Positions 40,801 to 55,800 of a DNA stretch of 64,000 bases are shown here, piece after piece. The notes under the pieces were generated by a model. That model ran no database searches. It saw only the letters and a program-made list of their open reading frames with translations, and was not told where the DNA came from. Every line of letters starts with the position of its first letter. The stretch's first letter is position 1. The translations under genes and the position numbers were made by a program. Source of the DNA: Bugula neritina (lineage: Eukaryota; Animalia; Bryozoa); NCBI GenBank assembly GCA_964035545.1, contig OZ037766.1:15180722-15244721 (forward strand). The letters run 5' to 3'.

Positions 40801-43800
40801 GAAAGAAAAAAATGTTGACATGTGTTATTCATAATAATAAAGGCCATCACCTCCATGTGTAGCTTCAACAAAGAAGCCCAGAGGAGTAAATGTAGCTCCA
40901 TCTTCATTAAAAAACAGATATGGATGGTTGCCACTTTCCCAGGTGCGCTTTATCCCAAGTTGATCTAAGACATCCTTCTCAGACTGTATTGAAAAAACAA
41001 TTCTATTACAATTCATCCTAACTAACAAACAATATGGTTAAAAGCATTAGGAAAAATCTAGTCAATTATATAATTTATAAAAAATATGTAAGTACGTTAG
41101 TAAACAATTAAAATAAAAAACACACTACATGCTACATAGTGTATGTGATTATTCATTACCGAATGAAGATCTAGTCCTGGGGTTTCCTCAGCTATTTTCA
41201 GTGATCTTGTAGCAAAATCCTAAAATTAAATCAGAAAAATTTTCATCATTCTATAGATTGACATCTTGATGAAAACATACACACATCCCTATTCTGCTTT
41301 ATCGAGAATTGTTCGTATAAATCTGTCTTATACAGATCTTATACTGATCATTTTGGGCATGATTATGATTTGTTGAAAAAATTGTAATATATTTTTAATG
41401 TAATAAGATAAACCAAAATTCACGATTTTTATTTTATTAACAAAAACGCAAAGAGCCAGAAATTAAAACAAATGGCTGATAGTTGCTATTGCTTAAAGTA
41501 GAATAAACTTTTATGGATCTGTCAATAATGTTACAACTAATAATTACAGTTAACATGCCATGGCAACTTTGCATTGTGCTACAATGCAATCTTATTCAGC
41601 CAAACTGTTGCACGTAAATTAAAGCCATTTCATTTCGATAAAAACTAAACTATTGACAATTTTAGACTAAAGTTGCGTTTATACCTTCACGATTTTCGGT
41701 CAAAAGTTCAATTTGGCCGGGTTGAAATTTCTCCGAGTTGCATTGCATTGTAAAAGGCACTCGTTGAAATTTTTGTACTGTGATAACTTAATCGGCCAAT
41801 TTCAGAATAGGAGTAATAACTCCTTGTAAACATCGTTATTTAGTTATTACTTTGGCGATTAGACAACGTACTTATACGGTTAAAATTATATAGCCTACGC
41901 TTTCTCAATTATCGCTTTTATGCTTTCCGCTTCACTAATTCACGACGTTTACAAAGGGCATCAAATAGCTATTATGCGAGTCAAATTTCAATTTCAGAAA
42001 GTGAGCAACCGCATCAATATGATTTCAACGAGTTTCAGTTTGACTATAAAGGGGTACGCAAACAAGCATTATTAACTTAAACTCGGTACTTTTTTCAGCA
42101 GAGGTATAAACGCAACTTTAATATACTTCAGCTGTATACATAACCTCCTACCTGTGCCATTCTGAACATGAATTGAATGACAAATTTTCTAAACCCAGGA
42201 AGGTCATCTGACATTTCAGGTGCGCAGAAAGGAGACTTTGCAACTTTGAAGAGCTGATTACTGAGGAAATAGACATAGTGTCTCAGTTCACTCCAGGTCG
42301 GGTCTTTCAGGCCACAGTTCCTACAATGAGACAGAATATGAAAGGAATTAATCTGAGTATACTTTACTTGACAGTGGATATAAGTTTAATTGGAGAAGCT
42401 GAAAAGGCAAACAGCGAGCCCAATGACCACTCTTCATAAAATGAAGTAATCTGGGCACGTGATCAAGAGAAATAGTTGAACTAGCTATAGTTATACAGAG
42501 CTTTAGTAAACATGTATAAGATGTGCAGAGCTCACCTGATGAGCAGCTGCAGAGCCTCAAGTGGTGACACAACAGGGGCATTTGATATGATATACTTCCC
42601 ATCATTCTTAGCATGAGAGAGGAGATACTTGAGTACAGTTTGCCATTCTTCCTTCATCAGCACATCTCTGTTGAATCCAATGAAACCATCTGCAAAACAA
42701 TATAATGACATTTTATAAATAAAAAGATATTCAAATTAAGACAATCAAAAAATATGTAAATTGCATGCTCAATTAAAACCTTTGTATCATGAGTTACTAA
42801 ATTAAAACAAGTATTTCAGTCTGAATCACACCTGGGAATGGACCGCCAGCTACATAGATTTTACAAACTTCTTCTGGTGTCTGACACATAGTTGTTGGTA
42901 ACATTTCCATCACCTCGTGAGCACAACTACCATCCTACAGAAGTTATAATAATGAGAAGCATGTGCTTATAATATGTACAAATACTACTGAATATAGCTA
43001 GATTCAGTATTTTTACCATCTCCATCAATTTCAGCTTACCTTTCTGGTGAAAGGCATGCACTCAATAATGTAGTACTGAGTATTCTGTGCCTGCCATACC
43101 ACACCTTCAGAGTTTACAATACTTCTCAGTATAATTAGGTTGAACAGAAGTTCATCCACACCAGAATCAACCTAAAATTGCAGTAAATGCTATTATCATG
43201 TCAAGGATTCAATAATGTACCAAATAAATATTCACAGAACAGCTAAATGCTCAGGTACAGAAAACAACAGAGATCTGAAAGTAATTAAATATTAAACATT
43301 AAAGTATTGTTTTAGTAGAAAGAATGAAAAGAAGAGATCTAAATATACCTCATGAGCAATGTCAATATGAATGGTGTTGTGGGGGGAATCAGTGTATCCA
43401 TTACCAAGTTCCTCAGTCAGCCTGTGAATGATGTGATCAGTGTCGATAGCCTTATAAATAGGAATGGTGATGTCCTCGCCATGAAGTCTCTTGTCTTTTC
43501 TTAGTGCAGCTACCAAGTCATCTCTCTGGAGAGACTTGCCAACTCCAGCCCTCCTGGATCTTATTAGTCTGCAGAATGATCTAGTCAAAACAAACAAAAA
43601 TCAAGTCACCACATGAAAGGTATTACACAATCAGCAAATTTAAATAGTGCATTACAGCTAGAAGTTCTTTTTTTTGTTTAACCCAGAGCATCTTGGTAAA
43701 ATCTAAAATAAATGAAAACTGTAAAAAAAACTTATCAAGATTATAAACTGTGAGAATAAAAAACTATCACATAGAATTCGAAAACTGAAGAATTTCGATG

Positions 43801-46800
43801 AAGAAATTACTTTTCACAAATACAACCATGAAAAGTATTACACAACTAGCAAATTTAAATAGTGCATTACAGCTACCGTTTTGTTTTGGTTTAACCAGCA
43901 CAACTTGATGAAACTCAAATAAATTAAAACTGTGGAAAACCTATCAAGTTTATAAACTGCATAAAAATGGTAAGCTGAAGAATTCCAATGGAAAATTACT
44001 TTCTACAAATTATACAAAAAAAAACACTGATGAGGTAGCAGTGGTATACTAGCTGTAACTTGCCATACCTTGACTTGTCCACTGAACAGGCTGTTTTGGT
44101 AACTCCCCCAGAAACAGTCAGCATCTGCATAACATAACTTGATAGTCTTTGAAGATCTGTTAGCTCTGGGTTCTTCACCAAATGCTTGTCCAAGTAGGCA
44201 CGTATTCTAGCATCTCGCTTCTCTTCAGCATATATGAAAGCAAGACCATAGTCTTTGACTGTATCATCTGCTGTGTTACTTAGCCTGTTTTCTACAACTC
44301 TGCACACCTCATAGTCCAGAAGGTGACAGTTTACCATACAGTAGAAAGACTGAGAGTCATTCAAAGCTCTGTTCAGAAACAAAGCAACCTGTAAAATAAA
44401 AATTATGAGAATGACAAAACATAAGCTTTTGTTAAAAAAGCAACCAATTTTAAATTGTGAAACAATACAACTCTGATGCATGAAAGTAATGGAAAATTTA
44501 AAAAACGTTTTCGCATTGTAGTCATATTGGTGTTTTTAAGTTACATGTAATAGATTCAACTCTATCTTAATATTAAAAGTATAAAATATCCTTATGATGT
44601 GGTAAAAATGAACAGCAGAAAACAATAAACTGACCTCTTCACATCGAGTTTTTTTGTTACATATGAGAACTTCATTTCTGGTGGGAAAACTGTATGTGGA
44701 ATCTGATTCATAAAGTGTCAGTACCATTTGATACACTTTGCCTGTATGTCAATATAATATACATAATTATTTTGCATAAAAATATATACCTTGATATAAA
44801 CTACGTTAATGTAAATTCTTCAGTTCTATATAAGAATGAATCAAAAGAGTCAAATATTGTGAAACATGTAGCTTAGGACCAAGAGTTGATTAATAAAGAG
44901 TTATATTGACAAAAAATTCAACTGTTTCAACAACTTTATGATGCAGCCTAGTGTTATTTTTAGATTAGGAACATAAACTGCTTTTATTCAACAGATGGAA
45001 TAACAATAACACAATATCAAACTTTTTTTATAAAACTAAAAATATTCGATTTGCTTAACTTTTAAATACTATTGTAAGGCACTAAAACATTACATGAAAC
45101 TGTGAACAGAAAAATAATTACGAAAAGATATTGCTATAAATATATTCACATTACTTGATTTTACAAAAATGCATGAAAACCAAAATTTTAGCCATAATTA
45201 TCAATCGCCCAAAGACAATATCATATTGCAGATTACACTTGCAAATAACAGAGCATTAACCAAAGTTGAAATTAAAGTTTTACATTTAAAGATATCATAC
45301 TTTGTGGTGTTGCAATCAGGCATGGCTTTCCACGAGACAACCAGTCTGGACACTTTCTTTTACGACCACTAGTCTCTTTACGCTCTACAAAATAATTTTT
45401 AATTTTAAATTCTCCCTATCAACATAATATTTTATAGCTAGCTTGCGTTTTGAGAATAAAACAATGCATTACATTTCAGTTTTAAAAAAATTAAGCAGTC
45501 AATGTTTTACATTCCAGCTAGCTATTTATGAGCACCATAAAAACATTCAAATGGAAAGAAATACTATAACTGTAAAAAAAATGTGTTGGATGTTTTGTTC
45601 ATTTTTCATGAAACAAGGTACATGCAAATTTAAATGAAGAATACTTATAAGCAAATAAATATCAGTTTGTGTGGGCTTCACAATATAACTAGAATTCAAC
45701 GCTCTCGCCCAAAATATTTTTCCAATTGCTAATTATTATAGAGGATAGCAGCAGTAAGCTAAATATTATTACAAGATTTATTTATTAGCTTAAACTGTTA
45801 ATTGTGCTCTAACTTGATTTTCAACCTCAAAAAAGTGTTTTAGAGTATGTCATTTGAGTAACTCCTCGATTGAAAATTCGTCACTGAAATTAGTAAAAAA
45901 AAGATTTAACATCAGTTTGCCATAATATAATTTCAGTCAGATTAATGTATTATTTATCATTACCAATAATTACAAGCAAAAAGATATACCCTACCATGAA
46001 GTTTGCTGAGCACATGTGCAAGATGTTTGATACTGAGGAAGTCCTTGATGCTTTTGCTAGTGAGTTCAATAAATCCAGTCCACAATTTGTCTAGCTTTTC
46101 TTGCCAATCAGACTCTCTGAAAAACAACAAAGCAAAATACCACCATCCTGCTGCACATAGTTTTGTCATAATTTAAACAGACAAACACTTACGAAGACTG
46201 TTCCTCTTTCATCAGCTTTTCCATTAGTTGGTTGGAGGATTGAAGACTGGCGGAACCTGTCATCTTAGCTGTCTCTTCTGCCGCTTTAAGTTCTTTGGTG
46301 TGAGTTTTTATCCATTCCATAAATTTTGCTACATAAGTTTAAAAATCAGCATCAAAGAAATTCTATTTAATTCTATAAAATCAGTTAAAAATACCTCAAC
46401 TTTAAAATTTTAAACTGCCAATGAATACAACCTACAACACAAAACCAATTATTTTTAGTTCAAGACAACTTGAAGAATGAAAACTAACGAAATTCTGTGT
46501 CTTCCCCAAGCTCATTGACAGCCTGAATTGCTAGAAACTGTGTAAAGTCTTCGTTCTCTTCTAGTAGCGTATCAACCAAATCTTTCTGAGAAGCAGACAT
46601 CTTGTTGTAGGGTAAGAATGTCTTGCTGGGAGTCTCCTTTTTTGTCTCCACTGTTTTAGTCTCTTCTGACAACTTAGAGAACTCTGTGATAAACTTGAGC
46701 AGAAGAACCGGTTCTACTGGGTCAATCAGAGCTAGCAGAGGCAGAGCCTGGAACATACAGTATTTGCATGTTTAGTTCAACAAATAAACTAAAATATATA

Positions 46801-49800
46801 CAGAACAATTACTGCCCCTCAAGTTAATACTATAATACCTTTATCAGAGAGGCGGGTTTCTCAGTATCCAAAAACCGGCCGAGCTCTTTTCTCAGAACAA
46901 CCAACTGTTCTGTGGTGTAGAAATTAAGATCAGGATTTGAACTGAAACAAATGATGGTTTATTGTTATGTGAATCAGAAAAAATATGAGGTTACAGAAAT
47001 GGTTTATGACATGACTTTTATTCACAAAACTACTCATCCGCTCACCCACTCTTGTCCACAAAAACGTTGCTATGATATCAAAGCTATGTGGCATGGTTCA
47101 TGGACGACTGATGCCAATAAAAAATAAAATGTTAGAGGCTATAAAACCCGCTTTCTGAACTACACTTTGACCATTGAATTTTATTTTATGTGAGAAATTA
47201 TCTGTAAGCTAAAATAAGGTGAGAACTATGTGTGAAGAAGCTAAATACGTCTTTAATACATTACAGACACAAGTTTATGAAAAATCAATAATTGACATAA
47301 ATAAAGGTGAGAGGGCAATCCAATGGCTCAATTTTAGTATATCAAGACGGCAGCAATTCTAAGTTGTTGTACTCAAAATTAACACACTATACTGACAATT
47401 CTGCATCTTAATTAATAGCTAAAAAATATGGTTTATAAATGTTATTTTTCTGAGAAGGGTACCCTCGAAACAGGAAAGATATTACCTAAAAATGCAATTA
47501 GATTCCTGTTAATTATCACTAATTGCATTTAAAATTGTTGTTTCTGTTGGGTGTGACTGTGTCATATTGACATACACACTAACTAACCTCCTATACTGAT
47601 CCATATTCTCTCTCCACTTTGAAACACAACTGTTCAAGTAAGTGTAGAGATCTTGGCAAAACTCCAGAGAGCTTCCTTTACTCTCTTTTCTCAACCCTTG
47701 TATTACTTGGTTGATAGATTGAAGTTTGATTTCAATACCAACAGTATCTTGAGGTCTACAGTGAACTATCACCAACATGTCATCAAACTGTATACAACCC
47801 TCTTTTCGTATTTCAATGTAGGCTTTGGCCAGATTCTCCACTGCATCTCTCATCTGCAAAAACAATAGCTGCAGTTAGCCAAAAATCAGAGGAAAGGAAG
47901 ATACAGAATCACCAGTAAAACATGTGTACACTATAATACTTCAACCAAATATGGTTTGGATTTTTTATTCCAAAACTGATAAATAGTTAAAACAATAACA
48001 GATACTTTTTATTTAACTTGGGCTAAAATAAATGAAGTTTTCTAATCCCCAAATATGACAGAATTATTTACAGCATCAAACTTCAGAATGGTGTGTTTGT
48101 TATCCTTCTGCTGTTCCCCTGCCACTAGAGTTAGTTTACTCTGTAAGTCTTTCAAGTCAGAGTAGGTGTATGTCTTTTCTACCATTTCACCCTTGTCTTC
48201 CAGCTTACATTTTAGCAACATCACATCCTTAGGTGACTGTTAAAATATAAGGTCCATAGAGTAAAGAATAAAGTATAATTAATGAATCAGTAGTAAACAT
48301 GAGAATAATTTTAAAGCCAGGCATATAGACTATTAAAATATGAACTAAATTTGAGACCTTAAAATCTTTACTGTAGCCAAAAATGTTTCCAACGTAATAA
48401 AGCCCATTCTCATTAATAGCTGTCGCTTGTGCAATGGACTTCCACTCAACATTTCCAAAATGAGTCTTGACTCTCTTGATCCACTCCAGTTCTGCTGCAG
48501 ATTTTCTCTACACAACGAGACATCATTATTGCATTAATAATAAATAATTAAACTATACAATTTTAAAACTTATAATATTAACTTTTAGTTTGGTGTAGTA
48601 CACGGCATTTCTATATATACTTCATGATACTAAAATGACACTTTCATATGTAATACAATTTAAAGTAACAACATAATGAAACCTAACTGACTCGCACAAG
48701 ACATTCACATAAATAAATATACGTGTAACTCAAATGGTTCAAACGGTTATAATATGTGGGGAGAGTTACCAAGTTCAACTCAAGATCTTTATTCTGATCC
48801 AAAGTCTCCCAGACTCTTTTGCACAATTCTATAAAAGAATTGTAGTCGGTTCTTTCTTGATCGAAGTCATACAGCAGAGGTGTGTATCCAGTCAAGGCGT
48901 TAAGCAGGTATCTCGTCTTCTGTGCAGCCAAATCATCTTCACCAGTACTGCCGGCCAAATCAACAAACGTACTAACGTCGTTCTCTACAACGTGATGAGT
49001 TAACCACTTGAGAATGAAAAATAAAACAAGACTCTACAGTTTACACAGTGAAAATCTTTAGATGGATCCTTTCAAAGAATAGCAGAGAAAAGATATTTAA
49101 GAAGCATAAAAGTCAAATTAGTTTACCTTGATTTAACTAATTGGCTTTCGCTGAGAGAGGTTGTGTTTACAGAGCTCTCTTACATAGCTGTTTAAATGCA
49201 TTAGCTTTTTCCAACATTTTTGAAGCTTGTATAAACTTATCACAAATATTTCACAATGCGTTCTACTAGATCAACTAAGTCTACCTCAGAAGATGAGGTG
49301 ACTCTAAAAACACTGGACAACAAACTAGATCTGGTTTTGAGTGAATTCTCCAGTATCAAATCAAGGCTGACAGCTATTGAGAATACTCAAAAAGAATTCG
49401 AAAAGTCCCTGGAATTCGTACATCAAGAAACTAGGAAAAATGACTACAATATCTCAAGGATTGAAAATTCTGTCAAACACGTTGAACAAAAACTGGAGGA
49501 GTACAAGTCTCTTGATGAGAGAATAGAGACATCTGAACACCATGAGAGAGCAAAGTGCGTCGAGTTAAATGGTATTGAATACAACAAAGATGAAGACCTA
49601 ATGACTGGTTTTGATAGAATCATCAAAAATCTAAAAATGACCTCAATATCAACTACACAAGACATTGATAAAATCTATAGAATTCGACAAACCAAGCGCA
49701 TCGTGGTTAAGTTTGTTCACACCAATAAAAGAGATACATTCTTCCACACTTATCGTAAAAGTATTATGTCAACAAAACAATTAGGTTTTCAAACAGATTC

Positions 49801-52800
49801 CAAAATATTTATTAACGAGGTTCTCAGTAGTAAGCAAAGGGACCTTTTTTGGAAAACCAGAAACTTCAAAAAATCAAACAACTATAAGTATGTTTGGACA
49901 TTTGCCCAACGAATTTACTTGCGCAGAACACCTGACTCGGAGGCTATCCAAATAAATGATGTAAATGATCTCGAGAACCTGAAATGTGTTTAGTGTACCT
50001 CACTTTTGTATTTAACTTAAACTGCTAAGTTATCTTTTGCAAAATGCATGAAATTAACTGCACAGCATACGACATCTTTTCTTTTAACAAACTAGAAGTA
50101 AATAATTCAACTTTCTCTCTTCTTAACTTTAATATTCAAAGCATTAGAAATAAATTTTCACATTTTGAATATTTTTTGAACACTTTTTCTAACCCCTTTG
50201 ATGTAATTTGTTTAACTGAAACTTGGCTAAATGATGATGAAATTCAATTTTTTAAACTTGAAGGTTATGATTTTGTAGGTAGTCAGAGACTGGGTAGAGG
50301 AGGTGGTGTTGGGGCCTATGTGCGGTGTGGCCTGGGGGCCGACACGAAGGCTGTTTCGCTGTCTGGAGCAGACGTCCTCTCACTTGTTCTACACAGTCAG
50401 GCCTCAAAGTCTTCCCATTTCAGACTCACAATTATATACAGGCAGCCCGGTGCTTCCTCCACTGATGCGTTTCTTAGTGACCTGGAGGCTTATATTTCCC
50501 ATGATTCTTCTCCCCATATTGTAGTAGGTGACATCAATATAGATACCCTTGACATGAATGTAAGTGACACTTATTCCACCACTATTTCTACCTATGCCTT
50601 TTACAATGCTATCACTCTCCCAACTAGAATCTCATCGTCACGAGCTAGCTGTTTAGATCATATCCTTCTAAACTTCTCTTGCATAAACGGTAAATCTGGA
50701 ACCATTGAGTCAGATTTGAGTGACCACCTACCCACTTTTGTGACGTTTCAACTGAATTGTTCAAATAGAACTAATATTGTCTCAGATGATATGTATAGAA
50801 CTATTAATTATTCCAAACTAGTTTCCAAGATAAACTCATTTTGCTGGTTGAAGCTCTTTGATGACTCACAAAATTGTGAAGTAAACTATGATATATTTAT
50901 TACTAGACTAAAATTTCTCATTGAAAGTTGTTCACAGACTATTGAAAACAATAGGCCTTCTAAAAAGTTTGCACAAAAACCATGGATTACTGAACATCTT
51001 TTAACTCAAATCAAAAAGAAATATGCACTTCACAAACGAGTGAAAAAAGCACCCCTGAATAAAAAGATTTTAAAAAGATATAATGCTTTTAGAAATAATT
51101 TGAATGCTGATCTGAGAACCGCTAAATATGATTATTTTAAAGCCTTTATTAGCAATTGTAACAGTTCGCAGCTTTGGGTACTTATAAATGAACAAACAGG
51201 GAAAGCCAAACTAAACAAAAGATGCTTTTCATCAAAACTGTATTCGGTTGAGGACTCTGAGACCATGCTAGATAGCAATATGGATATAGCTAACAATTTC
51301 AATCTGTATTTTTCAACAATAGCCCAAAAACTAGCTTCAAATTTTACAAATTCGAACTCCGATACCTACTCAATGCTGACAAATATTACTAAAGAAGAAT
51401 TTCATTTAAAAAAAAACTGATGAATCTCAAATAATTGAGATCATTGAAAAACTAGATTCCAAGAAAGCTATAGGTTTAGACAATATCCCGACTAAACTTA
51501 TCAAATTTTGCAAAATTTCACTATCTACACCACTTGCCTATTTATTTAACAAAAGCATAGAAGAAAAAATTGTTCCAGCGCAAATTAAAACTGCTAAAAT
51601 ATTACCATTCTACAAAAAAGGTTCTCATGACAGATGTGAAAACTACCGCCCTATTTCAATCCTCCCCATTTTTAGTAAAATACTTGAAAAAATTGTTAAC
51701 AATCAAATTTTAAACTTTTTAGAATCTAAAAATTTGATTTCTAAGAATCAATATGGCTTTCGAAAAAATTTAAGTACTGCAGATGCTGTTGTTAAATTTA
51801 AAAATAATACGCTCGAAGCTTTTAACAATGGAAATTGCGTTCTCGGAATTTTTATAGATTTTAGTAAGGCTTTTGACACTATAAATCACAATATTTTACT
51901 TGCAAAAATGAGAAAACTTGGTTTTAGTGAATCCACAGTGTCATGGGTTGCTAACTACCTATCAAACCGAAGTCATTCCACACTAGTAAATGCAACCTTA
52001 TCAAGTTCACGATCAGTGACCTGTGGGGTTCCCCAGGGATCTGTCTTGGGCCCTACCTTATTTTTGATATATATAAACGATCTTGCTCAACAATTTAAAC
52101 TTTTTAATCCCATTTTCTATGCCGACGACACTAATTTATTTTTTGAATCAAAAGATTTGAACTCCCATTTGGAAGCTATAAATCAAGATCTAAACTCTCT
52201 GTCAATTTGGTGCAATAAAAACAAACTCACTATAAACTATGAAAAATGCAACTATATTGTTTTAAAAAACTACCAAAATCCTTTTCAAATTCTAGAAAAC
52301 TGTATATTATTAAATAAAAGACCTATAAATTACTCTAACAGCATAACTTTTCTAGGTGTACAAATAGATAAAAATTTAAATTGGAGCTTGCACATCTCAA
52401 ACCTACTTACAAAATTACGACCACTTAGTGGATTAATATACCGATGTTCTGAATATCTCCCTCAAAAAATTTTACTTTTGATATATAATTCTTTCATCAA
52501 TTCCAAGTTAAATTATTGTGCAGAGGCCTGGGGAAATGCAGCTAATACCCATCTAAACAAGATTTTTATTTTTCAAAAAAAGGTAATGCGTATCATGAAC
52601 AAAAAACCGTTTGACCATCCATCAGCGCCTCTATTTACTAAGCATAAAGTTCTCTCAATATACCAGATTTACCGTTTTAAAGTGTTAAAGAAAGCTCATT
52701 CTTTTTTCTACTCTGACAATTTTTTTCCCACTCACTCTATCAATACACGTCAATCATTCATAAATCTCCCCCTTCCTCACTCTCAAACAGCAGCAGGTCA

Positions 52801-55800
52801 CAGAAGAAACTGTTATCAGGAGGTGGCACTATGGAATGAACTGCCAATCCCTTTACGGTCAATTAGCAACCCTAATGAATTTGGGAGGAAGTTGAGGCTT
52901 TATCTGTTAGAATAGTTGTATTTTTTTTGTATTTTTCTGGATAGAGTCGCTGTCAGCTCGTGTTGGCCCGCGCATGACTAGCTAGGCTATAGCGCAATGG
53001 GCCTCATCATCGCCTCCTTGGCATTTTCTAATGTCCTTGTGTTATTAAATACCTTTGATGAAATAAACCAAACAAACAAACAAACAAACAAACTCACCAA
53101 CTACTTTATTAACTAAACACAAATCGGTAAGGAACACATACACTCTCAAATCTAAGTAAAAGACATCACAGTTTGTATCTAATCATATAGAGTTTTTCTC
53201 AACCTACTTGGTACTTCCTTCCTGACCCAGTCTACAAAATCTTTACAATCTACAAAGGCTTTCAAGCAGCTAATTTGTGGGCGTGTTATGTGCTTGATGC
53301 TGGCAGCACTAGTCAACAGCTCATCACTGATGTCTTTCAGCAATAATTTTTTGTCCGCCTAAAATAGATATATTCTTGTAACCTACAACTAAGAAAACAT
53401 TTCTTCTTTGGACTTTAAACAGAGATAATTGATGTTATTTCATGCAGAATTAGAATGCGTTCATGTGTGTCCGTGTGCGTGGGTGTGTGTCTGTATGTGT
53501 GAATTAAAAATCTAACTATGAAGTGAATTTAAAACTCTGAACTGAAACTAAAAAAAACACTTGAACTGATGAAAGACTTGACAAAATCTTTTACCAAGAT
53601 TTAAAAGTCACTCACTGATTCAAGAATTCTTTCCATGCCAGAAAAATCTCCAGTGAGACTGAAAAGCTCTTTCATTTCAAGCATGACTCTGGCACCACTA
53701 TGGTATTGGTCAAGATGGGAGCACAGCTCTATCTGGCGTTTCCTGTTACTAAATATCTTCTTCTCAATCATATTTTTTAACTCTTCCAAGAATTTTGCTA
53801 GGCTACCAGAGAAATGTCTTCTAAGAATGCTGTCCAACTTTGCCATGTTGATTTCACCTGAGTTAGAAAAAATAATGTTATTCTGTCAATGAGGAAGTGA
53901 ATTCTCCAATAAAATCTGTAACTGGAACACAGAATAAATTTAATTCAAGCTGTTATATTGATAGGCGTAAGAAGCACTTTTACTATTAGACTGGTAAACT
54001 TCATCAAAATGTATTTCTTATTAAATTCCTCAAGTTAAATAGCTCAACAGCCACCAACCACTAGTAAGCTTAGTTCTCATAGCATCATAATGATCGACTG
54101 AAGACTGGTAAACTTTAGCCACATCCTCAAGAGACCTGTCAGCAACATCTTTCAGTTGGTGAATAAATGTATCACGGAACACTGTCCTCTGCTTCATTTC
54201 TTGAAATGGCTGAAGAATCTGTCTAATTGGGAAACCTACAGCTGGGCAAATGATCATGAGTTCAGGGCCTATGGTGTCTTTAAATGTGAGCTCATGTGCT
54301 GTTTTCTCTAACCATCTCCGCAAAATATCCTTTTCTAAAAATTCATTATTTTATTAGTACAACTGCTTTATCTACAGCTATAGTATTGACATTGTACATT
54401 AGAAATATTTTTCAGACACAGTTATCAAATCTCAAAAGAAAGAGTTTATGTTTCAAAAACGAATGGTTATGATTACACTAACAGCTATTTACAAAACATA
54501 AGATGAATAATATGCGATATACCAATAAAGTTTACAGTTGCTTCAAGTTCCATTCAAAAATTACCTGTGATAAAGTCCTCACAATAACTCAAGAAGTCAC
54601 TCAACAATGTATGGAACTTGTTGTAGCACTTTTTCTCTTCAGCTCTCTCTTCAAAGGTGTCACTGATGAGTTTAGTTTTGTCTTGGAATGAGCTTGAAAC
54701 TTCACAAAGTTCAAGGACTTTAGATTTGTGCTCGTAAAAATAGCTAAAGTCGTCAAAAGTAATGGTCCCATTCATTAGATCACTAAGGACACTATCCATT
54801 GATGTTGCAGATTGGAAAAGGCGTGTCTGAGTATCTGTGGAGATGTTATTTCTTTGTTCGGGGGAAAGGTTTCCTTGAAAGAATATATTTTTACAATTTT
54901 ATCAAGTGCATCTACAATACAAAACATATCAGTATAGGAAGCGTTGAGATGCATTTACATACTGTAGAACTTCCAGACAGAAAGAAAATTCCCCCATTTC
55001 ACCATGTTCCGAACAGTATTGTTTGGGTTGTCATTTCCAAAATCCCAGGCTTTATTTAATGCTTGATCTACCAGCTTACCAATTTTGTGTGGCATAGCAA
55101 GCCAGCTAGACGTACTACCTCCCTAAAAGCATAATAAATGATAACAGTAAAGTGAAATTGGTACAGGTATAAATGGGAGCAAATACATCATACTAGACTT
55201 TAGGCCTAGTGCTACACAGGTCATGGGCTGAGCCTAGGTCATTGGTGATGTCAAGAAGCGCATTCAAATATGATTGCTGCTGCGCTACTTTGAAAGACTT
55301 CTTACCATGTTGGAAACATGGTGAGAGGCACAGTCCTCAGCACACTTGAAAACTCTTTTAATCAAAAGTGCTCCCCTGGATGAAGACTTTAAACAAACAT
55401 AAGTACATGTACCTAGTGTTCTGGGAACTTATAAATGATATCGGTTGACAATCGGACAAGCTTGCTAGGCATGTGTGCAATGTATGATGCAGTAGCTCAG
55501 TTGTACTTTGTATGTTCTGGTAGCTATATATTGAGCTGTTGATGCTACGTTAATTATTTAAAGGCTGTAAACTCTACACAGCTTTGTTAAAAAGTACAAA
55601 TTTAAAAAAGAAAATTTACCAAGCAAGGCAGAGACTGGCTTATACAAAATCATTCTTCAATTTACTATTTTCAAAATATTTTTTCAGCATCTGTATGTCT
55701 TTATCACCAATTTCATTGCAGATATAACAGCTCTTAACATGTTATAATTGTTCGTCTTATTGGTGTCAACTTCGCCCTTGGCATTCCAACAAAAACAGTT

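Larger units (their letters stand above)
49145..53093 (+). mobile_element. Near full-length L2/CR1-group LINE (Crack/Daphne-like) in RNF213 intron, antisense to host
   Basis: ORF1 plus APE-RT ORF2, a 3' UTR, and an AATAAA followed by an (AAAC)n tail at ~53062-53093. The 5' boundary is approximate. Confidence 0.92.
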
